A stretch of DNA of 64,000 nucleotides. Source: Methanomassiliicoccaceae archaeon (lineage in GTDB: Archaea > Thermoplasmatota > Thermoplasmata > Methanomassiliicoccales > UBA472). This document shows positions 38,154-47,503 of this stretch, piece after piece; within the stretch, counting starts at the first letter, position 1, and each line of letters starts with the position of its first letter. Below the pieces are notes generated by a model, which searched no databases, was not told the origin of the DNA, and saw only the letters and a program-made list of their open reading frames with translations. The stretch is from NCBI GenBank assembly GCA_963827135.1, contig CAWGZX010000003.1:131681-195680 (forward strand), in the 5' to 3' direction. Position numbers and translations under genes: made by a program.

Positions 38154-39544
38154 TGCTCGCCCTCGAAGGTGGAGAAGCTCTCCTGCTTAAGAAGGTCCGC
38201 TGGCGGGTGCTCCCTGACGAAGTCCGTGCTGTACACTCCCGACCTGAAGGTTTTGGTCCTGACCACCAGGCGATGGTAGGGGATAGTGGTCTTGCAGCCC
38301 GTGAGGGTATAGTGGTCGAGCGCGTTCCTCGCCATGCTCAAGGCTTCTTGCCTGTCTCGCCCGTGCACTATTAGCTTGGCGAGCATGGAGTCGTAATCCG
38401 CTGGAACCATGTACCCCTCGTAAGCGTGCGAGTCCACGCGGATGCCCTCCCCTGACGGCTCGATGTACTTCTCGATCCTACCAGGCGCGGGGAAGAAGTT
38501 GTTGAAGGGGTTCTCCGCGTTCACCCGGAACTCGATGGCGGCGCCCTTGGGCATGACCTGGCGCAGCTCCTCGCTCACCTCCCGGTCGGTGGCGATCTTG
38601 AGCTGGACCTCGACCAGGTCCAAGCCCGTAACCATCTCCGTCACGGGGTGCTCGACCTGGATGCGGGTGTTGGCCTCCATGAAGAAGAGGTCGCCAGAAG
38701 CGTCCATGAGGAACTCAAAGGTGCAAAGGCTCTGGTATCCCGCCTTGACCAGGGCGGCCTCGATGCGCGGGAATATCTCCTTGCGAATATCCTCCGTCAC
38801 GGCGCACGACGGCGTCTCCTCCACAAGCTTCTGGTTGCGCCTTTGGACCGAGCATTCCCGCTCCCCTAGGCAGAAGCCGTTGCCCTTGCTGTCCCCGACC
38901 ATCTGGAATTCGATGTGACGAGGCTTGATGACCCTTCGCTCCATGAAGATCTTGGGGTCCTTGAACGCCTTGTCCGCCTCGGCCTTGGCGGACTCGAAGG
39001 CCTGCTCGATGTCCTGCTCGGACTCGACGACCCTCATCCCCCTTCCCCCTCCGCCGCCCGCGGCCTTGAGCATGATTGGGTACCCGATGCGCTTGGCCTC
39101 GCGCTTGGCCTCCTCGGCATCGTCCAGCGGCTTCAATGTGCCCGGGGTGGTGTGCACGCCGCATCGCTCCATGAACTCGCGGCCGTCCAGCTTGCTGCCC
39201 AGGAGGGACATGGCCTTGGCGCTGGGCCCTATCCAGGTCATCCCCTCGTCCTCGACCTTGCGGGCGAACTCCGGCTTCTCGGAAAGGAAGCCGTATCCGG
39301 GGTGCACGGCGTCGGCCTTCATCCTATCAGCCACATCAAGGATGGCCTCGATGTCGAGGTAAGGGATGATCCCCTTGTCGGAATGGAGCTCCTCGCTGGC
39401 GTCGGCGACGAGGACGTGCTTGCAGTGCTGGTCGTTGGGAGCGTAGATCGCCACGGTCGGGATGCTCAACCTCTTGCAGGTCCTCATGACCCTTATCGCG
39501 ATCTCTCCCCTGTTCGCTACCAGCACTTTCTTGAGCACAACCAT
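38150..39544 (-). CDS. Biotin carboxylase (probably pyruvate carboxylase subunit A)
   Basis: LVANRGEIA, HPGYGFLSE, KAAGGGGGRGM, ERECSVQRRNQK, NTRIQVEHPVTE, YDSMLAK. Confidence 0.9.
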   Translation of the reverse strand: MVVLKKVLVANRGEIAIRVMRTCKRLSIPTVAIYAPNDQHCKHVLVADASEELHSDKGIIPYLDIEAILDVADRMKADAVHPGYGFLSEKPEFARKVEDEGMTWIGPSAKAMSLLGSKLDGREFMERCGVHTTPGTLKPLDDAEEAKREAKRIGYPIMLKAAGGGGGRGMRVVESEQDIEQAFESAKAEADKAFKDPKIFMERRVIKPRHIEFQMVGDSKGNGFCLGERECSVQRRNQKLVEETPSCAVTEDIRKEIFPRIEAALVKAGYQSLCTFEFLMDASGDLFFMEANTRIQVEHPVTEMVTGLDLVEVQLKIATDREVSEELRQVMPKGAAIEFRVNAENPFNNFFPAPGRIEKYIEPSGEGIRVDSHAYEGYMVPADYDSMLAKLIVHGRDRQEALSMARNALDHYTLTGCKTTIPYHRLVVRTKTFRSGVYSTDFVREHPPADLLKQESFSTFEGEH

Positions 39545-39740
39545 CCCTCTAACCTAACATCAAGTGGCGTGATACGGTTTAACTCGGTAACATGGCTTAG
39601 GTTAAAAATGTTTTCCCGTTTCCACTGCCATGTGCCGGACGCTCTACATGGAGTGCCTTCTCTGCCTACTGAGAATCTGCGTCCCTTGTAGCCTACCTGT
39701 ACATGTCCTGATGATATCACCTCACGGGCCTCGGACGTCC

Positions 39741-40220
39741 ATGTACCTTAATGGGAAGAAGATCCGTAAGGACAAGGAGGGCGGGATCGAGGGCTTACCG
39801 CTGCAGCTGCTCATCATCGTCCTGGTGGCGGGGGTCGGCTCCGCCATCATCATGGGTTGGATGGGAGGATTGGAAGCCCCTGAGACCATCGGAATGGTCC
39901 ATTCGTCTCTGAACGAGATAACGCTGGAAGACGATGACGGGGACGGGATATTCTCGGCCGATGACGTGGAGTTGGCGATAACCGTCCTGGACCAGGAAGG
40001 GGATCCGATATCCGGGGCATCCGTGTCCCTGGAGGGAACGGGCATCCTGAGCGCCGAGGGAAAACGTCCGCACGCTCTCACGGATGAGGACGGGAAGGCA
40101 TGCTTCGCAGGTCTGACATTGGACCGCGCCGGTTCGTCGGTGGGCTTCGTGACCGTCACTGTGGCCAAGAGCGGGATAGTCTCGACCAGGAGCATCCAAG
40201 TGCCTGTAGTATGCGAGTGA
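39741..40220 (+). CDS. Type IV pilin-like protein with Ig-like C-terminal domain
   Basis: Basic leader KKIRKDKEG then GIEGLPLQLLIIVLV hydrophobic helix (class III-like); ITVLDQEGDPISGASV strand motif; DDDGDG loop. Confidence 0.6.
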   Translation: MYLNGKKIRKDKEGGIEGLPLQLLIIVLVAGVGSAIIMGWMGGLEAPETIGMVHSSLNEITLEDDDGDGIFSADDVELAITVLDQEGDPISGASVSLEGTGILSAEGKRPHALTDEDGKACFAGLTLDRAGSSVGFVTVTVAKSGIVSTRSIQVPVVCE

Positions 40221-40687
40221 TGGACATGGTCCTCGGGGACAAGCGCGCCCTGGAAGGGCTCCCGTTCAAGATCCTGATCTCCGTCCTGGTGATAGCCTTG
40301 AGCGCCCAGCCACTCTATGGCTCGCTCTCCTACCTCGGTTACGCACAGGGCCTGAGCCGGGCCATGGACGAGGCCCAGGAGATAAGGAAGGCCGCGCTCT
40401 CCGCCTTCATCGCCGGGCCAGGTAACGTTCGCATAGTCTCCGTCGACCTTGGAGATGGTACACAGTCCTTCTCGATACGCCTGGGTGGAGGGGAGGGGGA
40501 TGGAAGCACCAGGAAGATAGACGTCCTTTACGAAGGCGGAGCCGCTGCAACCCTCACTTTTGAGGGGGAGGGGCTCTGCTTGATCGGCAGCGCGGGAAAG
40601 GTGTTCGTCGTCGAGCATGACCAGGAGCTTCGCCTCTCGTGCATTTCAAGTGAGACTGGGGACGTGGTCATGGTGGAGGCCCTCTGA
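40220..40687 (+). CDS. Type IV pilin-like protein
   Basis: DKRA/LEGLPFKILISVLVIAL class III signal-like; TGATG coupling to the upstream gene. Confidence 0.62.
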   Translation: MDMVLGDKRALEGLPFKILISVLVIALSAQPLYGSLSYLGYAQGLSRAMDEAQEIRKAALSAFIAGPGNVRIVSVDLGDGTQSFSIRLGGGEGDGSTRKIDVLYEGGAAATLTFEGEGLCLIGSAGKVFVVEHDQELRLSCISSETGDVVMVEAL

Positions 40688-41169
40688 TGCTCGAGCTCAT
40701 GCTCTCGCGCCTGGTGATGTCCATCTGCGCCATGTTGGTGCTATTGGCATTGGCCCCGCTATGCGTTCAACTTCCATCCGGGATTGCCGGTCAACCCGAT
40801 GCCACGCTCGACGAGCTGGAATCTCGATTCGAAGAGGTGGCCGCTGCGCCGGGAGAGGCAACGCTCGCCATCGAAATGGGGGACTATCTGGAGGAAGGGG
40901 ACCTGCTTCTCCTCTACCCCAGCGCCCTCAGTTTGGTGGGAAATGACGGACAATCGATCCGTCCCCTTCCAGGAGAATTTCGAATAACCATGGCCCATGG
41001 CGATGAAGAACATGTACTTGATAAGGCGGTCCTCGACCAGCATTCGAGTCTGTATCTCAGCAAGCACCGATCGGCGGATGGAATGACGCTGGAGGCTCAC
41101 ATCGAGAACTTGGCCGCGACCTCGGCCACCTTCTCCCCGAACACCTCGACCTCATCCAGAGTGTTGTAG
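40687..41169 (+). CDS. Pilin-like/membrane-anchored hypothetical protein
   Basis: N-terminal hydrophobic helix; TGATG-coupled; 3' end overlaps the antisense desulfurase gene by 73 bp. Confidence 0.5.
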   Translation: MLELMLSRLVMSICAMLVLLALAPLCVQLPSGIAGQPDATLDELESRFEEVAAAPGEATLAIEMGDYLEEGDLLLLYPSALSLVGNDGQSIRPLPGEFRITMAHGDEEHVLDKAVLDQHSSLYLSKHRSADGMTLEAHIENLAATSATFSPNTSTSSRVL

Positions 41170-42308
41170 AAGTAGAACGAGGCACGAGCGCAACCTTCGA
41201 TGCGGCGTGCCAGGAAGTATGGATGAACGCAATGCATGCCTGAGCGTATCATCACCTTGCCTATCTCGTCCAGGATCATCGCCACATCATGGGAGCTCAT
41301 GCCCTTGATGTTGAACGATAGGATGCTCCCCCTGTGCCCCGCCTCGTACGGCGCAAGGATGGAGACGTTCGGGATGGCCTCCAAGATTTCTGTCGCCCTT
41401 CTATTGAGCTTCGCGTCCTGTTCCCGGACCTCGTCCATTCCCAGACGGGATAAGTAATCCACGGCCGCGCCGGTCCCTATGATGCCAGGGTAGTTCTGCA
41501 GACCGGCCTCGAACCTCTCCGGCGGTGGCAGGAGGTCGGCCTTTTCCTGGGTCGTGAGGCTCACTCCGCCGCCTCCGGACACCAAGGGCTCCAAGGCCTT
41601 GAGGAGCTCCAACTTGCCGTACAGCACGCCCATGCCCGATGGTCCGAGCATCTTGTGCACCGAGACTGCATAAAAGTCGACATCCAGATCGCCAACGTCC
41701 ACTTTCTGATGGGGCGCCGCCTGCGCACCATCGAGCATGACCAGGGCGCCATGATCGTGGGCGATCTCCACCACCTCCTTGGCAGGAACACCCGCCCCGG
41801 TGATGTTGTTGGTGTGCACCATGCTCACCATCTTAACGTCGAGGGACATGGCCCTCTTGAACGCCTCGATGTCGAACCTGCCCGAAGGTGGGGTGAGCAC
41901 GAACCTGCGCCTGATCCCCTTCGCTGCCTGCATCTGCAGCCAGGGAACATGGTTGCTGTTGTGCTCGAAATCAGTCGTGACGATGACGTCCCCCCTGGAA
42001 AACTTGCAGCCCTTGGCCACGAGGTTCAGGGCCTCGGTGCAGTTCTTGGTGAAGGCGATCTCATCCGGCCTCGCCGCTCCCAGGAAGGAGGCGACCCTCT
42101 CTCTGGCCTCGTCCACCTCGATCGAAACCTGGGTGGCTAACCGATGCACGCTCCTGCCCCCGCACGCAGGATATTCCGTATAATAGCGGGACATGGCCTC
42201 GATCACGGAGGTCGGCCGTAAGGTCTGGCAGGCATTGTCCAGATAGATGAAGTCCTTGGTCGCTCCCTCGAAGAGCGGAAAGTCCCTTCGCACCCTCTCT
42301 ATATCCAT
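41097..42308 (-). CDS. Cysteine desulfurase, SufS/CsdA (group II) type
   Basis: VRRDFP, YLDNA, EHNSN, DGAQ, SVHKMLGP, RSGMHC, RASFYFYN. Confidence 0.88.
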   Translation of the reverse strand: MDIERVRRDFPLFEGATKDFIYLDNACQTLRPTSVIEAMSRYYTEYPACGGRSVHRLATQVSIEVDEARERVASFLGAARPDEIAFTKNCTEALNLVAKGCKFSRGDVIVTTDFEHNSNHVPWLQMQAAKGIRRRFVLTPPSGRFDIEAFKRAMSLDVKMVSMVHTNNITGAGVPAKEVVEIAHDHGALVMLDGAQAAPHQKVDVGDLDVDFYAVSVHKMLGPSGMGVLYGKLELLKALEPLVSGGGGVSLTTQEKADLLPPPERFEAGLQNYPGIIGTGAAVDYLSRLGMDEVREQDAKLNRRATEILEAIPNVSILAPYEAGHRGSILSFNIKGMSSHDVAMILDEIGKVMIRSGMHCVHPYFLARRIEGCARASFYFYNTLDEVEVFGEKVAEVAAKFSM

Positions 42309-42459
42309 ATGCTCTGGCGGAAACAAACCTTAGCGCCTATTTCATCCTTTTCCGAGGCGAAAGGCGAACGTGACCTAGAATCCTTTTAAACCGACCAGCG
42401 CTGTTCAGTACATATTGAAATATCCCTTAAGGGATGTATCAATCGTTAAGGGGTTGCAC

Positions 42460-43644
42460 ATGCAGAGGATATACTTCGACAACAGCGCCACCACCCGTCC
42501 CGATCCTAGGGTATTGGAGGCGATGCGGCCTTACTTGGACCAGTGGTATGGGAACGCCTCCAGCATCCATATCTTCGGAAGAGAGTCGTTCAACGCCCTT
42601 GAGGAGGCGAGGAACAGGACCTCCAAGGCGATTGGCGCCAAGACCAGGGAGGTGGTGTTCACATCCGGTGGAACGGAATCCGATAACCTCGCCATCCAGG
42701 GGGCGGCCTTCGCCAATCTCGCCAAGGGCAATCATATCATAACCAGCTCCATCGAGCACCATGCTGTCCTCAACACATGCCATTTCCTCGAAAGCCAAGG
42801 CTTCCGCGTGACATATCTGCCTGTTGATTCCGAAGGCGTGGTTGAGCCGGAATCGTTGAAGTCGGCGATGACCAATGGCACGATCCTGGTCTCCGTAATG
42901 ACAGCGAACAATGAGATTGGAACGATCCAGGACGTGAGGGAGCTGGGAGCGATCGCCCATGAAGGTGGTGCCCTGTTCCACACAGATGCTGTCCAGAGCA
43001 TAGGGAAGGTGCCTCTCGATGTGGAGAGGGACAACATCGATCTGCTCGCCATCTCCGCGCACAAGTTCCATGGCCCGAAAGGGGTCGGGGCGCTCTATGT
43101 CAGGAAAGGCGTCAGCCTCAGGCCATTGGTCTATGGCGGAGGGCAGGAGAGAGGGCTGCGGTCCTCGACCGAGAACGTCCCAGGCATTGTCGGCCTGGGC
43201 AAGGCCATCGAGATATGCATGCAGGAGATGGACGAGGGCGTCGCCAGAATGACATCGATCCGGGATAGGGTCATTCAAGGCACCCTGTCAAGCGTGGAGG
43301 GATGCTATCTAAACGGCCATAGGCGGAGGAGGCTCTGCAACAACGCCCATTTCCGCTTCGACTATGTGGAGGGGGAGGCATTGGTGCTGAGCCTGGACAT
43401 CAAAGGCATAGCCGCCTCCACTGGGTCCGCCTGCTCCTCCAGGGACAGCGACACCTCCCATGTGTTGAAGGCCTTAGGCGTCAGGAACGAGCACGCCCGC
43501 GGATCCCTGCGCATCTCGCTCTCGAGGATGAACACAATCGAGGAGGCGGAGAGGTACCTGGAAGCCATATCAGAGGTCGTAGCTAGGCTGAGATCGATCT
43601 CGCCCGTGGCCATGCTATCCAAGTCGTCGACCGGAGGGGGATGA
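42460..43644 (+). CDS. iscS: Cysteine desulfurase IscS/NifS (group I)
   Basis: IYFDNSATT, FTSGGTESDN, NNEIG, HTDAVQ, SAHKFHGPKG, STGSAC. Confidence 0.92.
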   Translation: MQRIYFDNSATTRPDPRVLEAMRPYLDQWYGNASSIHIFGRESFNALEEARNRTSKAIGAKTREVVFTSGGTESDNLAIQGAAFANLAKGNHIITSSIEHHAVLNTCHFLESQGFRVTYLPVDSEGVVEPESLKSAMTNGTILVSVMTANNEIGTIQDVRELGAIAHEGGALFHTDAVQSIGKVPLDVERDNIDLLAISAHKFHGPKGVGALYVRKGVSLRPLVYGGGQERGLRSSTENVPGIVGLGKAIEICMQEMDEGVARMTSIRDRVIQGTLSSVEGCYLNGHRRRRLCNNAHFRFDYVEGEALVLSLDIKGIAASTGSACSSRDSDTSHVLKALGVRNEHARGSLRISLSRMNTIEEAERYLEAISEVVARLRSISPVAMLSKSSTGGG

Positions 43645-43647
43645 GGC

Positions 43648-44025
43648 ATGCCGTACGGTCCAAAGGTAATCGAGCATTTCACCCGGCCGAGGAATGTGGG
43701 CGAGATGAAGGGCGCGGACGGTATCGGAAAGGCCTCAAACGACACCGATGGGGATGTCGTGGTCATCTACATCAAGGTAGCCGAAGGGAAGGTCGTCGAC
43801 ATAAGCTTCCAGACCTTCGGTTGCGCAGCCGCCATCGCTTCGAGCAGCATGTTCACCGAGATGGTCAAGGGACGGACCATCGAGGAGGCGCTGATGGTGA
43901 ACAAGAAGCAGGTCGCGGACGCCTTCGAGGAGGGCATGCCGCTTAACAAGGTCGAGTGCTCGATCATCGCCCCTGACGCGCTAAGGGCAGCGGTCGAGGA
44001 TTACCGCCAGAAGAGGATTCATTAG
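43648..44025 (+). CDS. iscU: Fe-S scaffold IscU/NifU-N family (atypical ligands)
   Basis: Y..KV.EHF..PRNVG, FQTFGCAAAIASSS, K.ECS; directly after iscS. Confidence 0.85.
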   Translation: MPYGPKVIEHFTRPRNVGEMKGADGIGKASNDTDGDVVVIYIKVAEGKVVDISFQTFGCAAAIASSSMFTEMVKGRTIEEALMVNKKQVADAFEEGMPLNKVECSIIAPDALRAAVEDYRQKRIH

Positions 44026-44053
44026 GGATGAATAGGGTTCACCTCACGAAAGA

Positions 44054-44962
44054 ATGAACCCTCTCGAGGTGAGCCTTGCCGGCCTCAGGTTACGGAACCC
44101 TACCATGCTGGCATCGGGCATGATGGGTGAGACCGGGGGATCTTTGCTTAGGGTGGCCATATCGGGCGCGGGGGCGGTCGTCACCAAGTCCATCGGCTCC
44201 GAGCCTAGGGCTGGGTACCCGAACCCGACGCTCGTGGAGCTGGACGAGGGCTACATCAACGCCATGGGATTGCCGAACCCAGGCATCGAGGCCTTCGCTG
44301 AGGAGATGTCAGCCGCGAAATCCTGCCCCGTGCCGATAATCGGCAGCATCTTCGCCTCTTCCCCTGATGAGTTCGCACATCTTGCCGAGAGGATGCAGTC
44401 GTACGGAGCAACGGCCGTCGAGCTGAACCTGAGCTGCCCCCACGCCAAGGGCTATGGCATGGAGGTGGGGGTCGACCCTGAGGCGGTCGGAGCCATCGTT
44501 TCCAAGGTCAAATCGAGATGCAAAGTCCCTGTCTTCTCTAAGCTGACCCCCAACACCCATCATCTGCTCGCGGTAGGAAGGGCGGTGCAGGAGGCGGGAG
44601 GGGACGGTATCGTCGCCATCAACACTCTGAAGGGGATGAGCATCAGCATCGAGGCCAGGAGGCCGATACTGAGCAACAAGGTCGGAGGCCTCTCCGGGCC
44701 GGCGGTCAAGGCCGTGGGCGTGCGGTGCGTCTACGACCTCAGCTCGGCTCTTGATGTGCCAATAATCGGAGTGGGCGGCGTCGAAGACTGGAGAGACGCC
44801 ATCGAGTACGTCATGGCGGGGGCTTCTGCGGTGCAGGTCGGCAGCGGGATCGGTCGGCGGGGGCTAGGCGTTTTCAAGGAGATCACGGAGGGCATGGCCC
44901 TCTTCATGAGCGAGAATGGGTTCTCGTCCATCAAGGAAATGATAGGTGCGGCGCATGAATAG
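44054..44962 (+). CDS. pyrD: Dihydroorotate dehydrogenase B catalytic subunit
   Basis: NAMGLPNPG, ELNLSCPH, KLTPN, INT, GGLSG, IIGVGG. Confidence 0.94.
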   Translation: MNPLEVSLAGLRLRNPTMLASGMMGETGGSLLRVAISGAGAVVTKSIGSEPRAGYPNPTLVELDEGYINAMGLPNPGIEAFAEEMSAAKSCPVPIIGSIFASSPDEFAHLAERMQSYGATAVELNLSCPHAKGYGMEVGVDPEAVGAIVSKVKSRCKVPVFSKLTPNTHHLLAVGRAVQEAGGDGIVAINTLKGMSISIEARRPILSNKVGGLSGPAVKAVGVRCVYDLSSALDVPIIGVGGVEDWRDAIEYVMAGASAVQVGSGIGRRGLGVFKEITEGMALFMSENGFSSIKEMIGAAHE

Positions 44963-45731
44963 GCAGGTCATGACCAAAGTCAGCAGCGCGGTCCTCGAGG
45001 GAGCAGGGATGACCACTTTGCGATTCGCCTTCGAGCGCCCCATCTGCCCTGGTCAGTTCCTTATGGTCTGGATCCCCGGAGTGGACGAGGTGCCTATGTC
45101 CGCCTCCTACATCTATGGGGAGAAAGGCATCACCGTAAAGGAGGTCGGGGAGGCGACAAAGGCTCTGTCCATCCTGAGACCAGGCGACCAGATCGGTGTG
45201 CGCGGGCCCTATGGGAGAGGATACGACCTGTCCCCGGGAAGAGCCCTCATCGTTGGCGGAGGGAGCGGAATGGCGTCGCTGATGGCCGCCGCCGACGCCC
45301 TGGACGACCCGGCGCGGACGGACATCCTGATCGGCGCTAGGACCGCGAACGAGCTGGTGTTCGAAGAGAGGGCGAAGCGCCTCTCCGCCGAAGTGCACGT
45401 ATCCACCGACGATGGCACCAGAGGCCGCAAAGGGACGGTGGTGGAGATGGCCCGCGATCACTTAGCTAAGAAGCGCTACGACATGGTCCTGGGCTGCGGA
45501 CCGGAGAGGATGCTCCGCGCCTTGATGGAGGCCTGTGATGAAGCGCGGGTACCATGCCAGCTCTCCCTGGAGAGGTACATGAAGTGCGGCTCAGGGCTGT
45601 GCGGCTCCTGCGCCATCGATGGCCTGCGAGTGTGCGCCGACGGGCCTGTGTTCTCGGGGGATGAGCTGAGGAAGCTTCCAGAGTTCGGGAGAAGCAAGAG
45701 GGACGAGTGCGGGCGCCGGCTCAGGCTTTGA
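44955..45731 (+). CDS. pyrK: Dihydroorotate dehydrogenase electron transfer subunit
   Basis: PGQFLMVW, RGPYGRG, GGGSG, TDDG, CGP, ERYMKCG.GLCGSC..C.DGPVF. Confidence 0.92.
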   Translation: MNRQVMTKVSSAVLEGAGMTTLRFAFERPICPGQFLMVWIPGVDEVPMSASYIYGEKGITVKEVGEATKALSILRPGDQIGVRGPYGRGYDLSPGRALIVGGGSGMASLMAAADALDDPARTDILIGARTANELVFEERAKRLSAEVHVSTDDGTRGRKGTVVEMARDHLAKKRYDMVLGCGPERMLRALMEACDEARVPCQLSLERYMKCGSGLCGSCAIDGLRVCADGPVFSGDELRKLPEFGRSKRDECGRRLRL

Positions 45732-46899
45732 AATGCTCCTCCGGATGCATTACCTCTTTTACCAAGTCCTCGAAGTCAGAGTCTGAGACGCGACCCTTCA
45801 CCTCGCCCAAGGCCTTCACCTTGGCGAGGATCTGCGCCACCTGCTCGTCGCTCGACTCGATCCCCAGGTCCTCGAGCCTCTTCTTGATGTAATGAGCGCC
45901 AGAATGCTTGCCGAGGATCAGATGGCGCCGGTTCCCCACCATCTCCGGTGGTATCGATTCATATGTCTGTGGGCAGGAGAGCACCGCGGCCACGTGTATC
46001 CCCGATTCGTGCGCGAACACGTTATCTCCCACCAATGGATGGTTGCGGCACAGGGGCACCTTGGAGTAGGAGGCGACGAGTTCGCAGATCTCCTTCAGCC
46101 TTGAGGTGTCCACACCTAGGTCCTTCCCATAGACGAACTTCATGGCGGCCACGAACTCCTCTAGAGGGACGTTGCCTGCCCTCTCCCCGATGCCGTTGAC
46201 GGTGGTGGCGACCGCCACCGCGCCCGCCTTCACCCCAGCGATGGCGTTGGCCAAGGCCAGTCCGTAGTCGTTATGCAGGTGGATGGAGATTTGCGTGTGG
46301 AAGCGCTTTCGCACCTCCGTCACCATCATGCTTATCGCCTCGGGGGAGGCGCAGCCGACGGTGTCGGTGATGCCTAGCCTGCAGGCGCCGGCCTTCTCTG
46401 CCGCCTGATAGACCTTGAACAGGAAATCCAGGTCGGTCCGGGTCGAGTCCTCGCAGCTCAAGGCCGCCTTGATTCCCCTGGACCTGCAATAGTCCAGCGA
46501 CTCCACCACCTTCTCAAGGACGTACTCGCGCGGCTTGTTGAACTTGTAACGGAGATGGATGTCGGAGGTGGCGATGAAGAGGAGAATCATGTCCACTCCC
46601 GCATCGATGGTCGTGTCGATGTCCGCCTTGGTGACCCGGGAGAGGGCTAGGATCTCGGCGTCCAGCCCGAGCTTGCTTATGGCCCGGATTGCCCTCTTCT
46701 CCCCCTCGGAGACGGCGGGGAAGCCGGCCTCGATCTGGGGGACCCTCACCTCATCGAGCTTGCGGGCTATGGCGACCTTCTGCTCCAGGCTGAAGGCGAT
46801 GCCTGGCATCTGCTCGCCGTCCCTGAGCGTGGAGTCGTAGACCTGGACCTCACCTAGCTCAAGGTGGGGGTTGAAAGGGCTTAGTGCGATGCGCTCCAT
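45721..46899 (-). CDS. Homocitrate synthase/AksA-like DRE-TIM metallolyase
   Basis: DSTLRDGEQ, IEAGFP, HLHNDYG, NGIGERAGN, HESGIH, GKHSG; no LeuA regulatory domain. Confidence 0.85.
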   Translation of the reverse strand: MERIALSPFNPHLELGEVQVYDSTLRDGEQMPGIAFSLEQKVAIARKLDEVRVPQIEAGFPAVSEGEKRAIRAISKLGLDAEILALSRVTKADIDTTIDAGVDMILLFIATSDIHLRYKFNKPREYVLEKVVESLDYCRSRGIKAALSCEDSTRTDLDFLFKVYQAAEKAGACRLGITDTVGCASPEAISMMVTEVRKRFHTQISIHLHNDYGLALANAIAGVKAGAVAVATTVNGIGERAGNVPLEEFVAAMKFVYGKDLGVDTSRLKEICELVASYSKVPLCRNHPLVGDNVFAHESGIHVAAVLSCPQTYESIPPEMVGNRRHLILGKHSGAHYIKKRLEDLGIESSDEQVAQILAKVKALGEVKGRVSDSDFEDLVKEVMHPEEHFKA

Positions 46900-47026
46900 G
46901 TTTGTTGGTAAGTGGCGATGTTCAATTAACCTTTCGTTCCATCCGCGATTAGGTCAGAAAAACGCCCGATCGGCGGCTCCTCCCACCATTGGCTTTAAGG
47001 CCGTCAGCGATTCAAGTACAGAGGGA

Positions 47027-47503
47027 ATGGCCTTGAGGGAGCGCATCGAGGTGGGAAGCAGCGGAAACCCCAACTTCATCGAGGTCCGCCACGGGAAGAT
47101 GCTCATCAGCGTCCCCAAGTCCATTTTCAAAGGGAGGACCTCGGCCCTGAAGAAGAAGGAGGCTGACGAATTCAAGAAGGTGCTGGCCTCGCGGTATCCT
47201 TGGTTGAGCGACAACGCTATCGAGGTGGTGATGGTGGAGGCGCAGGAGACCATGGAATCATTGCTCGAGATGGAGATGGGGGCGGTGGAGAGGGCAGGGA
47301 AGCTCGCATCCCAGGGAAGGAACGCGGAAGCCCTGGCCCTCTTGGAGGAGCATCTCGAGCGCCAGCCCAAGGATCCGGACGCCTGGTGCCTCATGGGGGA
47401 GATCTATATGAGGATGGGCAAGAGGAGCGAGGGCTTCAGGGCCTTCGCCAAGGCGCGAGACCGCTCCGGTTCGATCGATGACCTCAAGCGAAAAGGGCGT
47501 TGA
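47027..47503 (+). CDS. TPR-containing hypothetical protein
   Basis: C-terminal TPR pattern (A..L...G...EA..LL..L...P.D.DAW..MG.IY...G...A...A). Confidence 0.7.
   Translation: MALRERIEVGSSGNPNFIEVRHGKMLISVPKSIFKGRTSALKKKEADEFKKVLASRYPWLSDNAIEVVMVEAQETMESLLEMEMGAVERAGKLASQGRNAEALALLEEHLERQPKDPDAWCLMGEIYMRMGKRSEGFRAFAKARDRSGSIDDLKRKGR

Noticed and set aside
41097-41169. 73-bp convergent overlap as antisense regulation
   Set aside because: Most simply a run-on of a weakly constrained C-terminus; short convergent overlaps are common in this window
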